Position numbers and translations under genes: made by a program. DNA of 64,000 bases from Eledone cirrhosa (Eukaryota), in assembly GCA_964016885.1 (NCBI GenBank), contig OZ024743.1:293880001-293944000 (forward strand), written 5' to 3'. The notes below the pieces were generated by a model. The model was not told where the DNA came from and made no database searches. It saw only the letters and a program-made list of their open reading frames with translations. Shown in pieces: positions 63,406-64,000 of this stretch. How positions within the stretch are numbered: position 1 is the stretch's first letter; each line of letters begins with the position of its first letter.

Positions 63406-64000
63406 TTACCTTACTTCTCGTAGGGGAAGGACGGCTTTTCCATCCTTTTCACTGCTTGTGGCCTCCTCAGGAAGGATGTCCTTATAAATCCTCCTGGAGA
63501 GTGCTTGTCGGAAGTCTCCGATGTCTTTGGGGAATTTTTGTTTTAGTGTCATGTACGTTTTCTGTGTGATGCGAGTGATTTGTATGTGTGGAGGTGGTGT
63601 GAATTTTGGGGTTGTTGTGTAGTCTTTTTCTGTGATGCTGGTATTGTGTTGGATGTAGTGTAATAATTGCTTGTTGTTCAAATTTAATGCTGTGTAGTGT
63701 GTATCGTTTTGGTTGTTTTGTTTTGTTTGCGTTTGTTGTGGGTTTGTTTCTGTTTCGTATTTTGGTGACTTTTGTGGTGTAGGTGATAGTGGTGCTGGGG
63801 ATAATGATGGTGATGGTGTTGGTGTTTGGGTTGATGGGGTTGGTGATGCTGGTGTGGATGGTGGCATATCTGTCCTAACTTTTTTGTTTCTTAGTTTATT
63901 TGTTTCCCTCTGTATTTTGTTTTTGGAGGGGGAAGGAAGAGAATTTTTTCTTTTTTGGTTTCTTTTTTTTTTCCGGATATCGTTTCCCACTCCTCGTCGT
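63406..64000 (-). CDS. E5 ORF1 C-terminal part
   Basis: QLLHYIQHNTS..KQKFPKDIGDFR, nearly the same as the E1 ORF1 end. Confidence 0.8.
   Translation of the reverse strand, partial: RRGVGNDIRKKKRNQKRKNSLPSPSKNKIQRETNKLRNKKVRTDMPPSTPASPTPSTQTPTPSPSLSPAPLSPTPQKSPKYETETNPQQTQTKQNNQNDTHYTALNLNNKQLLHYIQHNTSITEKDYTTTPKFTPPPHIQITRITQKTYMTLKQKFPKDIGDFRQALSRRIYKDILPEEATSSEKDGKAVLPLREVR

Larger units (their letters stand above)
59709..64000 (-). mobile_element. Tx1/L1-like retrotransposon E5 (5' part runs beyond the window)
   Basis: ORF2 with one frameshift, ORF1 C-terminus, and AATAAA plus (ATT)n 3' end. Confidence 0.93.

Overview
AT-rich, microsatellite-dense animal genomic DNA. The SINE and microsatellite landscape suggests a coleoid cephalopod such as Octopus (inference). 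No host gene is confidently recognisable. The left half (1-32 kb) is a mosaic of (TA)n/(CA)n/(CT)n repeats, tRNA-derived SINEs and foldback/MITE-like inverted repeats. It also holds a decayed Penelope-like element, three hammerhead ribozyme motifs, and Helitron, RTE and CR1-like fragments. The right half (32.7-64 kb) holds five L1/Tx1-like non-LTR retrotransposons (E1-E5), all on the minus strand. Two have intact ORF1 and ORF2, and E2-E5 lie head-to-tail separated only by 27-45 bp of (AAT)n. The main candidate system is an (ATT)n-microsatellite-targeting LINE family and its apparent SINE partner. The LINE 3' ends carry a covarying 4-bp stem with an invariant CUUGU loop just before AAUAAA. The abundant local SINE ends in the same CUUGU-loop hairpin plus an ATT tail, and its target-site duplications begin with ATTAT. 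The LINEs also share about 210-nt 5'UTRs of unrelated sequence and a frame-independent GGTAAGT splice-donor motif at the ORF1 stop. An R4/Dong-like element occupies the same microsatellite in the opposite orientation.
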